64,000 bases of DNA from positions 2,994,354-3,058,353 of the forward strand of contig NW_004457624.1 in NCBI RefSeq assembly GCF_000203815.1, in the 5' to 3' direction. Both the position numbers and the translations under genes were made by a program. The notes under the pieces are model-generated. The model was not told the origin of the DNA and made no database searches. It was given only the letters and a program-made list of their open reading frames with translations. This stretch comes from Dictyostelium fasciculatum (taxonomy: Eukaryota). Within the stretch, counting starts at the first letter, position 1, and the number at the start of each line of letters is the position of its first letter. This document shows positions 12,404-24,265 of the stretch, piece by piece.

Positions 12404-13696
12404 TTATAGTAAAACACCAAGGTATTTGTATGGTTGGTGTTTTAAAAGTAGAGGAAGAGGAATATTATTGATATGAATACGAGAGTCAGGTACAGATGAA
12501 GAGTTGATTGCGTATGCACTTTTGTTGCTATTTATCTCCATTAAACAGTAAGTAAAGTAGTTATCTGTAATGGTGACAAGGTTTTGTAGTTTTGGAGTGC
12601 TGTATGCGATTAGCGCAATGTCGTCAGCAAATGCGAGATTGCTGTAGCTGTTGGTAGATGAAGGAGACATAAAGTAACCATCTTGCGATGAGAGATGATG
12701 TAGAAGGGGATCTAGAAATACGTCGAATAGAAGAGGTGAGAGCGGGCAACCCTGCTTGACTCCAATAGTATCAATAGGATTGGTTAAACCATAGGGAGTG
12801 ATTATTTGTACTGTAGAGTGACTCATGATAGAAGAAATGATATCTATAAAATCCTGACCTATACCTTTCAGTTCTAATCCTTCTATTAGGTTGACGAGAC
12901 GTACCGAGTCAAACGCCTTTTTGACGTCGATGTATGCAATGTGTAGTGGACTTTTTTTGGTATTACTATTTAGAATGATGGAGTTGATGGCGTGGAGCGC
13001 ATGGTCTGTGGATCTAAACGGCCTAAAGCCAAATTGCGTGTCCGAGAATTGATGTAGAGGGTGGTTTGGGTCGTTGCTCGACTCGATAACTTTGGAAAGA
13101 CGTTTGGATAAAAGTGAAGTGAATGTCTTGTAGAGGCTCGACAGCAAGGTTATTGGTCTATAGTTGGAGGGGTCAGTGGAACTGCCACCTTTATGGATTG
13201 TATAGACAGTGCCTCTTCTCCAAGAGGCGGGAATTGTTCTCAACAACAAGCAGCCATTGTAAAGGTGGAGTAGAGCAGCATCCAGGTTGGTTGGACCGTT
13301 TTTCAGAAACTCATTGTAAACTTTGTCCAAGCCTGGCGATTTACCATTCTTCAAGTTTGAAATGGTTGTGGACAGTTCGTCTATAGTGATGGGGTTGGTG
13401 ATGGTAGCTGCATTTGGATTTGGTGATTTTACCATTTCAGTCAACCAGATTGGTTTTGGTGGTTGTACAGGTGGAGGTAGTGGTGCCAGTAAGTTGGTGT
13501 AAAAGTGTTCAATCTCCTCTCGCACCTCGTCTGGTTTCGAGATTGAAATTGGTGCATTGGTTAGAGGGTCGATCTTTGTCACCGTGGTCAGTTGTTGGTT
13601 GAGAATGCTATTACAACCCTCCTTGGCGATATTAAAAAAGTTATTAATATCAAAAAAAATCAGGTATTCATAAAACGTTGACATATTAACCTCCAA
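12404..13696 (-). pseudogene. retrotransposon ORF2 fragment: reverse transcriptase domain
   Basis: YIDVKKAFDSV, QGCPLSP, FADD and KYLGVLL motifs, in the canonical order of RT domains 1-7. Confidence 0.85.
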
Positions 13697-14631
13697 GTCA
13701 CTTTTGAGCTGTATCGACTAGAGATATTAAAATGAAGCATTTTAAAGTATATATTGTTAAATTAGACTATTAAATGACCATATGGTCAAGTTATCCATAT
13801 ATTTTCATTAAAATTATGATATCCAAAAAAATGAAATGAATTTTCTTCATTGACCACTAAATCTTTGAAATCAGGATTGTAAAAATTAGTATGATTATTG
13901 ATTTAATCAATAATAATGATACAACTATGTTAATATATCATAGTTATAATATATAAATAATAAAAAGAATGATAAAATTAAATTTAAAATTTTAGAGTAG
14001 TGAGCTGTAGCCTTAGATTTTTTACGAAAGAAAGGAATGTCTCACACTATGGAAAATGATGGTGGTGGTTTCTGTTGTCAGATATTTTGTCAGTGTTTGA
14101 TGGTCGGGGGGCGGAGGCAGCAGCAGATATGTAGTCCGGCGGCGGCTTAGTTGGCTCTGGGCAAGTATATTTTTTAAATTAATATTTCCTGTATTTTGAT
14201 ATTTAAAATATGATATATAGTTAGATTATCAGTTAAATATATATTATAATTGAATTTTATTGATTTATAATTAATTTCAGGATTAAAAATTGAATTTTAA
14301 AAATTAGTGATTAAAAAACGGGAAATTAAAAATAGGGTAGAATAATTGATAGGTTTTTATAATATTATTTTGAGCTAGAGTTGTAAGAGCCAATGTGCAT
14401 CTTGTTGTGATGTAAACCCACAAATAGCACAGGCACTGAATAATATCAACAATACATTGGGGACAATGAACAATTCAATGGTCGAATTGGCAAACAGCGT
14501 AGATGTCCTCAACCAACCCAAAACATGGTGACCACGAGAAATATATCTTATCACTATAAACAATTAAAATGGAAGGAATGATTTAATAAATATTAATTTT
14601 AATTTGATTTAATTTTATTTAGAAAAAGGTT

Positions 14632-15460
14632 TTACTCTAAAGCAATAGCTTCAATTTCAACAAGAGCCTATGTACATAAAAACAAAGTAATATTAGTATA
14701 TATTGATAAAATAGTTGGTTGTTCATGTGTGACTTGTTGGTTTTTTGTTTTAAACTTACAGCCTTTGGAAGGTCACGGACGGCAAAGGTTGATCTGGCGG
14801 GTGGTTCAGCTGGGAAGACTAAAATGAAGAGAGAGAGAGAGAGAGGAGGGTAAGTTGATGATGATGAGGAATATCAATAAATTATATATATATATATGGG
14901 CGTGTATAATATAATATAAAACATACAAGAAGCATAAACCTTGTTAACCTTTACAAAATCATTGATATCCTTGAGCAAGATGGTAGTCTTGACAACCTTG
15001 TTCATAGATGAACCAGCAGCTTCCAAGATAGCCTTCATGTTTTCCAAAGCCTTGTGAGTTTGGAGTTCAACATCATCCTTTGATACAAAATCCATGGTCT
15101 GAGTGGAGGAGGAGGAGGAGGAGGAAGAGTTGTTCATAATAATAACAACAACAACAAACAAGACAACTGCGTCAGTTATACATATTCAAAAGATGATGAT
15201 TCATTCTACATTCTACATATGTTCAAACATACATCCTTATCAAGACCTAAACAACCTGAAACCCAAACTTGACCGTTGGCTTTGATAGCTTGACTGTATG
15301 GGCCGATGGCAGCTGGAGCATTTGGAGTTGAGACGACTACTCTTGACATGTTTCTAGTTGTTGTTGTATATGTGTTGGTAGGGGAATATAAAAAAGATGA
15401 GGAGGAGGAGGAAGATGATATCTGTTGATTGGTTATAGTTCGAATGACACTTCTAAACAT
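14632..15460 (-). CDS. RidA/YjgF/UK114-family reactive-intermediate deaminase with an N-terminal presequence, 4 exons: complement(join(14632..14667,14760..14818,14927..15098,15233..15460)), about 164 aa
   Basis: Spliced protein: ...[35 protein letters not shown]|[57 protein letters not shown]|[20 protein letters not shown]|[11 protein letters not shown]. This aligns along the RidA fold ([11 protein letters not shown], VVKTTVLLxDINDF, PARxxxxVxxLPKG, EIEAIA). The donors are GTATGT, GTATGT and GTAAGT; all acceptors are (T)nAG; phases are consistent. The first 35 aa ([41 protein letters not shown]) look like a mitochondrial-type presequence. Confidence 0.85.
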
Positions 15461-16507
15461 ATATGATGGATGTGAGGTTCAATATACTTGTATTAGGGTG
15501 GGACAATGTTTGTGTCAAAGCTGATCGATTCATGAAAAAATTAAAATTAAAAATAATATTATTTTTATTATTCAAACTTTTGAAAGGTTTGAAGTTTTTG
15601 CAAGATTATATATACCTCAAAACTTTGCCGAGCTTACGCGGACATATTCAATAGAAAGAGAGAAGAGCCCTTATTAAAGAGAATAAATACTTAATAATAA
15701 TAACATCTTCTTTAGATTAAAGACCTATCACAAAAAAAAAAGAAGTCTGCTCATTTAATTTGGTTCAACTCACACACTGCTGCACTAAAATTAATCTAGT
15801 TTGAAGAAAGAAAGAAAGAGAGAGAGAAGAGTTTGTTTAGTTTTAGTTTTTTGGTTATTTGTATAACCAATATATCTATCATGCAACAACAACAATAGAG
15901 TCTAGGCAACAACCTTTGAAAGACAAGACAACACTGATTGTATATAACCCTAAAAACACAGTTATCAATAATAATAACAACAACAACAGAGTAGTAGTAA
16001 CGGACACTCAAAAGAAAGAGATAGAATTCTCAACAATAACCACAACAAATTTAAAGAGACATACATTTCTTTTCTTTTCTTTTCACAATCAACCAACATA
16101 ACCTACTAGACAAACATAACAACAAATAATAACAATCGTTGTTATCAAACCAATCTACTTTTGGTCATTATTTTAGAGATATCATAACGACCACTTATTA
16201 TATACAACCTTATACTATACTACTACTACTACTATCACTACAACACCATCATTTATTTATTTATCATTTTGTATAATAATAATAATAATAATAATAATAG
16301 CAACGGCAGTTAAAAGTAATCAAATCATTGTTGACTGACTGAATCACTCACCAACCACCCTCACAAACAATACAATAATAATAATAATAATAATAACTAT
16401 AATAGCCGATATTGAGGATCGTCATAAACTGTCTGACATTTCTATATTACAGTATCAATAACAACAACATAAACAACAACAACATATATATATATTTACA
16501 GTAAAAA

Positions 16508-17950
16508 ATGGAATACCTTGAATTAAATGCAACATCGGATTCCTTTGTAGCTGCTGTAGATGATATGTGGGTATTGAATGCCACATATCTTGTATTTTGT
16601 AAGTTCTATTGATACAAATAATACTTTTATAGATTTTGACCTTTTTTTTCCTTCTTTTTCTCTTTTTTTTTTTAGATACACAAGCGGGCTTTTGTATGTT
16701 AGAAGCAGGTGTGGTCCGTGCAAAGAATGCAAAGAGTATTATTATAAAAAGCATTATCGATACGGCGATAGGATCGCTGATATTTTGGGCGATTGGATTC
16801 GCCATTTCGTTTGGGGCAAATGGAAATTTCTTTATGGGGTTAAGTCAATTCTTTTTAATTGGATATACAAATCTTACTTTTTTTGCCTATCAAGTAAGAA
16901 AAACTAAAAAAAAACTTACATCTAAATAGAACTAGTTCTAATTTTTTATTTTCTATTTTTAAGTGGGCATTTTCAGCTACAAGTATTACTATAGTTAGTG
17001 GTAGCTTGGCAGAACGAGTTCATATAAATAGTTGTTTAATATATACGGTGGTCATGTCGGCGATTATATATCCGTTTGCGGCACACTGGGTATGGGCGCA
17101 AAGCGGATGGCTAAGAAAGATTGGAACCAACGGCATTATAGATTTTTCAGGGGGGATTGTTGTGCATATGGTTGGCGGTGCCGTCGGCCTAGTTGGCACC
17201 TATATAGTGGGTCCGCGTATCGGACGTTTCGACAGTGAGAGCGGGAAACCCAAGCCACTGCCGGGACACAGCATCACTCTATCGACATTGGGAGCATTTA
17301 TTATATGGTACGGATCCTATGGATTCAACACTGGTTCAACGTTGGGTATTTCAGGCGGTAGAATCGAGGTGGCCTCGAGATCGGCCGTCACCATGACCAT
17401 CACAGCTACTGCATCGTGTGCAACGACATTGTTGGCAATCAAAGTGTACAGCGGCAAATACGACGTGGCAAAAAGCGTCAACGGGTTGTTGGGCGGTCTG
17501 GTTGCCTCTAGCGCTAGCTGCTCGATGATCGAACCGTGGGGCGCCTTTGTCATTGGCTGTGTTGCCGCGTTTGTCTATTTGGGGTCTTCACATTTACTGC
17601 TTAAAAAACGAATCGATGATCCGCTCGACAATGGTCCCATTCACTACTCATGTGGTGTATGGGGTGCGCTGGCAGTGGGACTGTTTGCGACGGAAAAAGA
17701 TGTCAACAAAATCCTAATACTTCGGAACCCCACGCACACGTATGGGTTGTTTACCGGCGGTGGTATCGAACAGCTTGGAGTACAGCTGCTAGGTGTTGCC
17801 GTCGTTACCCTTTGGTGTGTCGTCACTGCTACCATTTTGTTTTATCTTATGCGAAAGTTTAACGTTCTCCGAATAGACCCTACAAGAGAATTGATGGGTA
17901 TTGATATGGATGCTGGTGGACCTGCATATCCAAATTTCCAAAATATCTAA
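16508..17950 (+). CDS. amt: ammonium transporter (AMT1/Mep/AmtB family), 3 exons: join(16508..16598,16676..16893,16964..17950), about 431 aa
   Basis: Exon 1 is [30 protein letters not shown], with a GTAAGT donor at 16599. Exon 2 (phase 1) is [47 protein letters not shown]...FFAYQ, with a GTAAGA donor at 16894. Exon 3 is [28 protein letters not shown]...[14 protein letters not shown]...[14 protein letters not shown]. These are hallmark AMT motifs. The A-rich ATG context is gtaaaaaATGg. Confidence 0.9.
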
Positions 17951-18501
17951 ACAAACAAATTTGGAGAAATTTTTTTGTGAATCACATATAAATAACTTGT
18001 ATCACATGCAACACTATCCAATCAATCAATCCTCCATCCCTCTATACAATGATATAAAATATTTATTTTCAAAAAAATCTTTTGAAATTTAAATCACACA
18101 ACATTGGAATAATATTTTTGGTGAAGGAAAACATGAATATATTATTTTTTTTTCAACAACAAACAACAATACCACCAGCTTCTTCACCAAGACCATCGAT
18201 TCAAATTAAATGGTTTATAAAACTTGTTCAAAATACATTCATTCCCAACTATATTATTAAAAATTGGACAACAAACAATCAAATAGACCATGTGTTGCTC
18301 CAATGTTAGTGACTCTATCATTGGTAAACTAACAAAAAAAAAAAGATTCCATTGGAAACAATGTAATCTTTTACACCAATAAAAAGACAGAACCCAGAAA
18401 TGGTTACTGTCTATAAAAAAAAAACTTTTAAAACAAACCAAAAAATAATATTAATTATTATTATATAAATTTTGTTTTCTATTATTCTATCTATCTCTTC
18501 C

Positions 18502-21500
18502 TTAGGTCAAGACATCAAAATTATTTATTCCTTTTGTATTTGAAGAGGTTGATATTGGTGATTCACTGTTGCCTGCAGGGGCTGTAATATTGACTGGTGG
18601 TGGAGGAGTGTTGGTAGTTCTAACATTCTCCATTGATTTACTCATGCCAAGAGGTACATTTTCAGGTGTTGATGCTGTCTTTTTACTTCTTAGACGAGGA
18701 TCGTTGAGTGTTGACTTTTTGGTTTCATTCTGGACAAAGTATTGACCACCACTGTCATCCTTTTTCTCTTGCCATCCAGATGGTAACTCTCCTTGACAAG
18801 ATTGATAGATTCTTTCAAAAAATGATTCAACATCTTCTCCATCAAATAATCTATTATGTTTTGGTCCAAATAATGTTGATCCTGCAATATGATAACCAAG
18901 ACTTCTATATGCTAAATAAATTAAATAAAAAAATGTAAATATTATAAATATAAATAATGATTATAAATTTCTTTTTACCTTCAAATTGAGATTCAGTAAA
19001 GAATTGATCAGTAGTTGATTCATGTGGAAAAGAAGGATGTTGTGAATGATATTCTTTGATAACTTCATCTTCATCACCTGTCAATGAAGATTTAATATAG
19101 AGAATGTATCCTACTTCACCTCTAGGTGGAACATCCGATGAATCACCACTATCTTGATAGTTGTTGCTAGTAGAGAGATTAGAGAATTGTTTTTTCTTTT
19201 GATAGATAATTTTTCCAACTGTCCAATGTTTTGAACTATATCCATTTTCCGATCTTCTAATATCATCCAAATTAATTTGAATATTAATTCCAAAATCAAT
19301 TCTAACTAATCTCATTAATTGTGCCATACTAAATAAAATAAAAAGTATTAATAAATTATTTTATATACTCTCTATCTCTCTTTTTCTTTCTCTCTCTTTC
19401 TATTTTGTTTACCTTGGAAAAGTCATATCAGGATCAGCTTCTGAATCACTCATAATAACATATTTACATCTTCTTTTAATTAATTCATAAGCACCAAGGT
19501 TTTCAATGTGACCACCATCTGATAGATTAATACACCAATCCTTGCTAGTCATATGAGTCCAACCAAATTCCTTGACAAGATGATAACAAGCAAAACCACC
19601 ATAAAAGAGACGACCAAGATGAGGATGACGGAGGAAAATACCCAAAGGATTGGGTAACCAATAACCAAGACGAATGTTGAGGATACCAAGAGATAGGACG
19701 AGTGTTGGAATGGTAGCAGTTCCCATTTTTGTTCCTACAGCTGCACCCGAGATGGAGACTGCTGTGGCGAGATCAAGACGACGATCAAGCTTTTCCATTT
19801 GTTCGGTTGAACGATATCCACAACTCTCTGACCCGACATAGTGCTGCGAAAAGATGAAAAAGTCGGATCCTCGAGTATCGGTTGGCATGCCAATATCAGT
19901 CTTGTCATCAGTCTCGCTGGTCGTATAGTTGAGTGTCGTGTTGATGATGAGGTAGGGTGCGATCGATCGACGGTTGATACGTGATACCTTTTCGCCACCG
20001 TATGGTCTGAATCTGCCGTTTCGAATGCTAAACATGTAGGCCTTGGAAAGACGGTCTCTGTAGTACTTGTGCATTGACGTTTCGTTGATATCCATTGTAA
20101 AAAAGGAGAGCATCGAGACAAAGAAACAAATACCGTTTCCCAGGCCAAAAACAGGTGCGTTTGGATCGAGCCAGACACCCAGCTCCAAGTAGGTCAAGAT
20201 GAGGAGGATGGGACCAATGACAGAGACGATAATGTGGAATACGAGACGTTTGACGGGTGAGATCTTGGGATTGGTGAGCAATGTAAATGCCAACGAATCG
20301 GCTAGAATGAGCGCAAAAAGGGAGATGAGAGGATACACTCGGAACGATTGATCGTTGCTGCCGAAATAGTAAAGATAGTGACGTTCAATGATTGGGAGCG
20401 ACTCGACAAACCCCATCGAGATGAGGAGGATGAATAGCCAACCAAACGATCGATCATACCATACCTTGCTGTCCTCTTTGCGTAATAACCAAGGGTGGTT
20501 GAGGTAGAGATGTAGTACGAGCGAGATGATCATCTCAATGTTTCTAACACCCGAAAAGTACTGTGAAATGTCCGAGTGGTAGATGGTCAAAAAGAAGACG
20601 ATCGCCGGTATCGTCACCTTGGGTCTAGATATTAGTGGGAAAATAACAATGTGAACCAGTAGATTCCAGGCGATTCGCAGAGTGAGGTAATAACTACCAC
20701 GAGCTTGAATGATGGGTACATAACGCTCAAAGAGTAAAAGCGCCCATACAAAAGGGAATATCGAGATGAGATTTAAAACGATACCACGTAAAATGAGTAC
20801 TGGAAACAGCATAAATTCAAATATACCATTGGCCAAGTAGTTGGCAGAGTTTCGAAGATGTTTGAGTGGTACACCCTCCTTCATTCCACGGCTATAGTGG
20901 AATGGAAAGTTACTCCATTCCGAAGTATGCGTACCTTCACTGAGAAGTGATATCAAACACGATCCAATAAATCCACCACCGCTAACCGTCGAAAGATAAT
21001 CCACCTTTCTAAAAAACTTGTGTTTTGCCAATGCCTGAAGGAGACCCAAATTAAAGGTTGCCGAACGAATACCTCCACCTGACAATGCCAACCCAACCAA
21101 TCCAAAATCAACAGATGGTTGTATTTTTGGTGATGTAGTTGATCCAGAATATGATGAATGATTAAAATAATGATGACGACTATTATTATTATTACTATTC
21201 TTTTCAACATTTATATTATGAAATGATGATGATGATGATTCCTCTTCAAAATCTTCATCACTACTACTACTACTACTACTATCAAATTCGTATGGTTCAA
21301 TCTTTGGTTTATCTTCATCATTATTATTCTGTTGTTGTGGTTGTTGTTGATTTTTAGATTGATTGATTTCCTTTTCAGTTATAAAATTTGGAATGATTAC
21401 ATTATCGGGAGCACTACTATTATTATCATTGATTGGATTATTTAAATTGATTGGGTCGACCAATACACCCGCACCGACAGGAGAGGCTGGTAGCACGGTT

Positions 21501-22123
21501 GGTGGTGAAAGTGCAAGTGGTGACGGTTCTTTTTGAAGCATTTGGCTTCCTCTAAGAGTTTGGGGTGTTCTAAACATGGTCACCTTTTTCTTGTTGAGAC
21601 TGTTGCTGCCGGGGTGGTCGAGTCCTGGTGGCGTCGAAATCCCTCTTGATGTGGACAGTGCCGATGACGTACTGGATCGTCGCATCAAGGGGAACAAACT
21701 AGAAATCTTGAATGGATCCTTTTCGTGTAATACATTGACACGACGTTTGGCCAACTCTTTAAGTTCCTCGGGGAATATATCGGCAAATCGTTTTGGCTTG
21801 GTGTTGATCATCTGTTTGATGAGAAGTATCGGGTCGACTATACTATCCTTTCGACGTGACTGATAGATCCCGCCGCCACCACTACCACTTCCACCGCCTG
21901 TTGACAGTGTACCACCGCTACTCTGACGCATCAAACGTTGTTGTTTGAGTCTTGACTGGAGATGATGTGTTCTCCAAACATACACCCTAAACACGCCCAA
22001 GATGATAAACACACCGATCGTCATTGCCATCCATGGTTGCAGCAACACTGGTCCTAAACTCAACCAATCCAAGTATACCAATACTCTCCCCTTTGCATCA
22101 AATCCAAATAATGTCCAAGTCAT
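18502..22123 (-). CDS. membrane cPLA2/patatin-like phospholipase with a polytopic hydrophobic insertion and a C-terminal WW-like domain, 3 exons: complement(join(18502..18881,18979..19328,19413..22123)), about 1146 aa
   Basis: The 904-aa track ORF carries an N-terminal TM helix (MAMTIGVFIILGVF), a GLALSGGGIRSATFNLGLLQAL oxyanion (GGGxR) motif, a nucleophile-elbow-like STVSGGGF about 35 aa later, about 450 aa of hydrophobic helices, and then INLSDGGHIENLG (catalytic Asp of the dyad, DGG) followed by a cPLA2-like acidic strand (KYVIMSDSEADPD). The track stop TAA at 19411..19409 overlaps an AG|GTAAAC donor. Splicing to the tttAG at 19330/19329 and on through a GTAAAA donor (18978) to the ttgcAG acceptor (18883/18882) is phase-consistent. 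The last exon encodes GELPSGWQEKKDDSGGQYFVQNETKKSTLNDPRL, a WW-like motif with the second Trp replaced. Confidence 0.65.
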
Positions 22124-22934
22124 TGAGACACTACTACTATTAACTAAACTAAACTAAACTATTATATATTCTATTATTACTATTATTCTATAATTAAAAA
22201 ACAAATATAAATATAAACAAATTAATAAAAAGTAAGGTTTATAAATAAACAATTTAATTCAAAATACATACATTTCTTTCTTTCTTTGTTATCTATCTGA
22301 CTAGAGGTAGGTAGTGATTATTGGTTGAATGAAAAGTGTGTTCTTCCAAAGCGAGTGTGTGGTTTTATACTTTACTTTTGTGATGATGAATGATAAAAAT
22401 ATTATTATTATTATTATTTTAAATATGATGAATATGAATATTCATTCATTCATCGTTCATTCATTCTGACAAATACGATTATCATAAAAAGATAAAGATT
22501 AAAAGATAATAATAATTTAAAATTTGAATGAAATGAAAGCATCGCGATCATTCTATTAATTAAACCTGATCGAGTAGCGGAATAGATAAAACAGGAAGGT
22601 CATCACGCGCGCGAAAAAACCACACTCTACTCTCTTTCATAGTCAAGTTTGATCATACTACTACTACTATTGCTAACTGATACTACACACTTGTTTGTGT
22701 GTTTCTATTGATTATCGAATCGACATTATATAAATATCTAGCCAACAACTACGTGTAAGTTAAATAACAAATTAAACCCTAAAATTAGAAAGAGCCGATG
22801 ATGCTCTTTTGCAAAAACTGACAATGATCATTATATATTTGGACACATATCATCAAATTAGGTTTAATATATCGACAAGAGAGAGATAATAATAAGAGAG
22901 AGAGAGTAAAGAGACAGAGAAAGAGTAGAGAGAG

Positions 22935-24226
22935 ATGGCAAAAGAAGGTAGCCAACAGTTGGTTGCAACAACAACACCAACTAAACCTGTAGCACCACCA
23001 ATCAATGGAATTGAAATGGAGCGTATAGACTATATACCTCTCAAGAAACAACTAAACAATGTATTAAAAGATAAAGCTGATATGTATTGGGACACACTCA
23101 AACAATTCTTTACTGGAAGAATGACAAAGAGAGAATTGGATCATTTCGTATTACTCTATCTTACTGAATCACATTGTATGTTCAATATGAAAAGAGAATA
23201 ATGTCTTATCCTATTATATACTTACCGTGTTTATAAATAACTTTACAGTAAAGTTACATAATGCATTTATTAGAGCACTATTACAAAATTCATTGTATGC
23301 AAATACTCCACCAACCCAAACTCTAGACCCACCAAAACCAATACCAAAGAAGAAAATACTTACCTATCAACAACCTGTTCAACCTGCTCAATCCAAAGAC
23401 AAGGAGCCGAGTGGTAAAGGACACAGATCAAAGGACAAGAAGGGTCGATCTTCATCGTCGTTGTCATCGGCAGATACAGCCGCTACCACCACCACAACAA
23501 GCAAGTCGAAAAAACCAAAGGCACCATCCTCCTCATCCTCTTCATTATCATCTTCAACCTCTTCGAGAAGAGTATCAAAGGCTGGAAATAACAATACAAC
23601 AACCACTGAAACTTCACTTCAAACAAAGGAAAAGAGAACTCATCCAAAATGTAAACTATTACAAAGCAGAGAATATAATATAATATATATATATATATTC
23701 TATACTTTTACTTACTTTTTTACCTATTTCTATTTTATAGATTCATTATTATATTCACCTGAAGTTCAATCATTAAAGGATAGAATGGAAACGATTGCAT
23801 GTGAATCTGGATTGAATGGAGTATCGAGACAATCAGTGATATATATGATGTTGGCATTGGAACGACACATCAAAGATATATTGTATAATAGTAATCCTCA
23901 ATTAACAGACAAACAAGATAAACATCATTATTTCTATCATACCCCCATCCCCACAGACTTTGACGACGAGGATGATTATAGTTCTGATGATGAATTCCTG
24001 CCACCCAATCAAAGACCACCTCCACAATATTTGGCATATCAATATGATTCTATACGTAATGAATTATTTAATCAAAAACAAGAAAAAGAACAACAAAAAA
24101 GAATTGATAATCATCCTACTACATCTGGTCTAACTTTGAAATCTTATAATCAACAAGAAAATGAAGATATTCAACTTGACAATAATAATGATGAAACATC
24201 TACTACAAATACTACCGATCAAACAA

Positions 24227-24265
<39 letters not shown>

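Larger units (their letters stand above)
9590..13700 (-). mobile_element. 5'-truncated, internally disrupted L1-clade (TRE/Tx1-like) non-LTR retrotransposon: RT, RNase H and CCHC knuckle; no APE domain present
   Basis: ORF 12404..13696 (-) contains RT motifs (GCPLSPLLFDVFLD, FADDIALIAY). ORF 10165..12132 (-) contains RNase H motifs (WTIFTDGSC, GCGVY, TINNAELSAINKAL, IKTDSQ) and C-x2-C...H-x4-C (HCLYCMDNNINPEDPPMDSPFHTLFECP). The two ORFs are separated by about 270 nt with a frame break. There is no endonuclease region upstream of the RT, so the copy is 5'-truncated. The 3' tail region carries a roughly 40-bp direct repeat at about 9583-9630 and 9889-9936. Confidence 0.85.

Noticed and set aside
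9000-14500. Search for a tRNA gene flanking the TRE-like retroelement (TRE elements target tRNA genes)
   Set aside because: No segment shows a credible cloverleaf with a GGTTCGAATCC-type T-arm and matching acceptor stem. The tcgaatcgtggg near 10100 lacks complementary acceptor and D arms. tRNAscan-SE is needed to be certain.
19735-21210. Track ORFs 19735..20178 (-), 20953..21210 (-) and 21576..21863 (+) inside the patatin-like gene
   Set aside because: These are alternative or antisense frames within a long conserved ORF, with no independent support.
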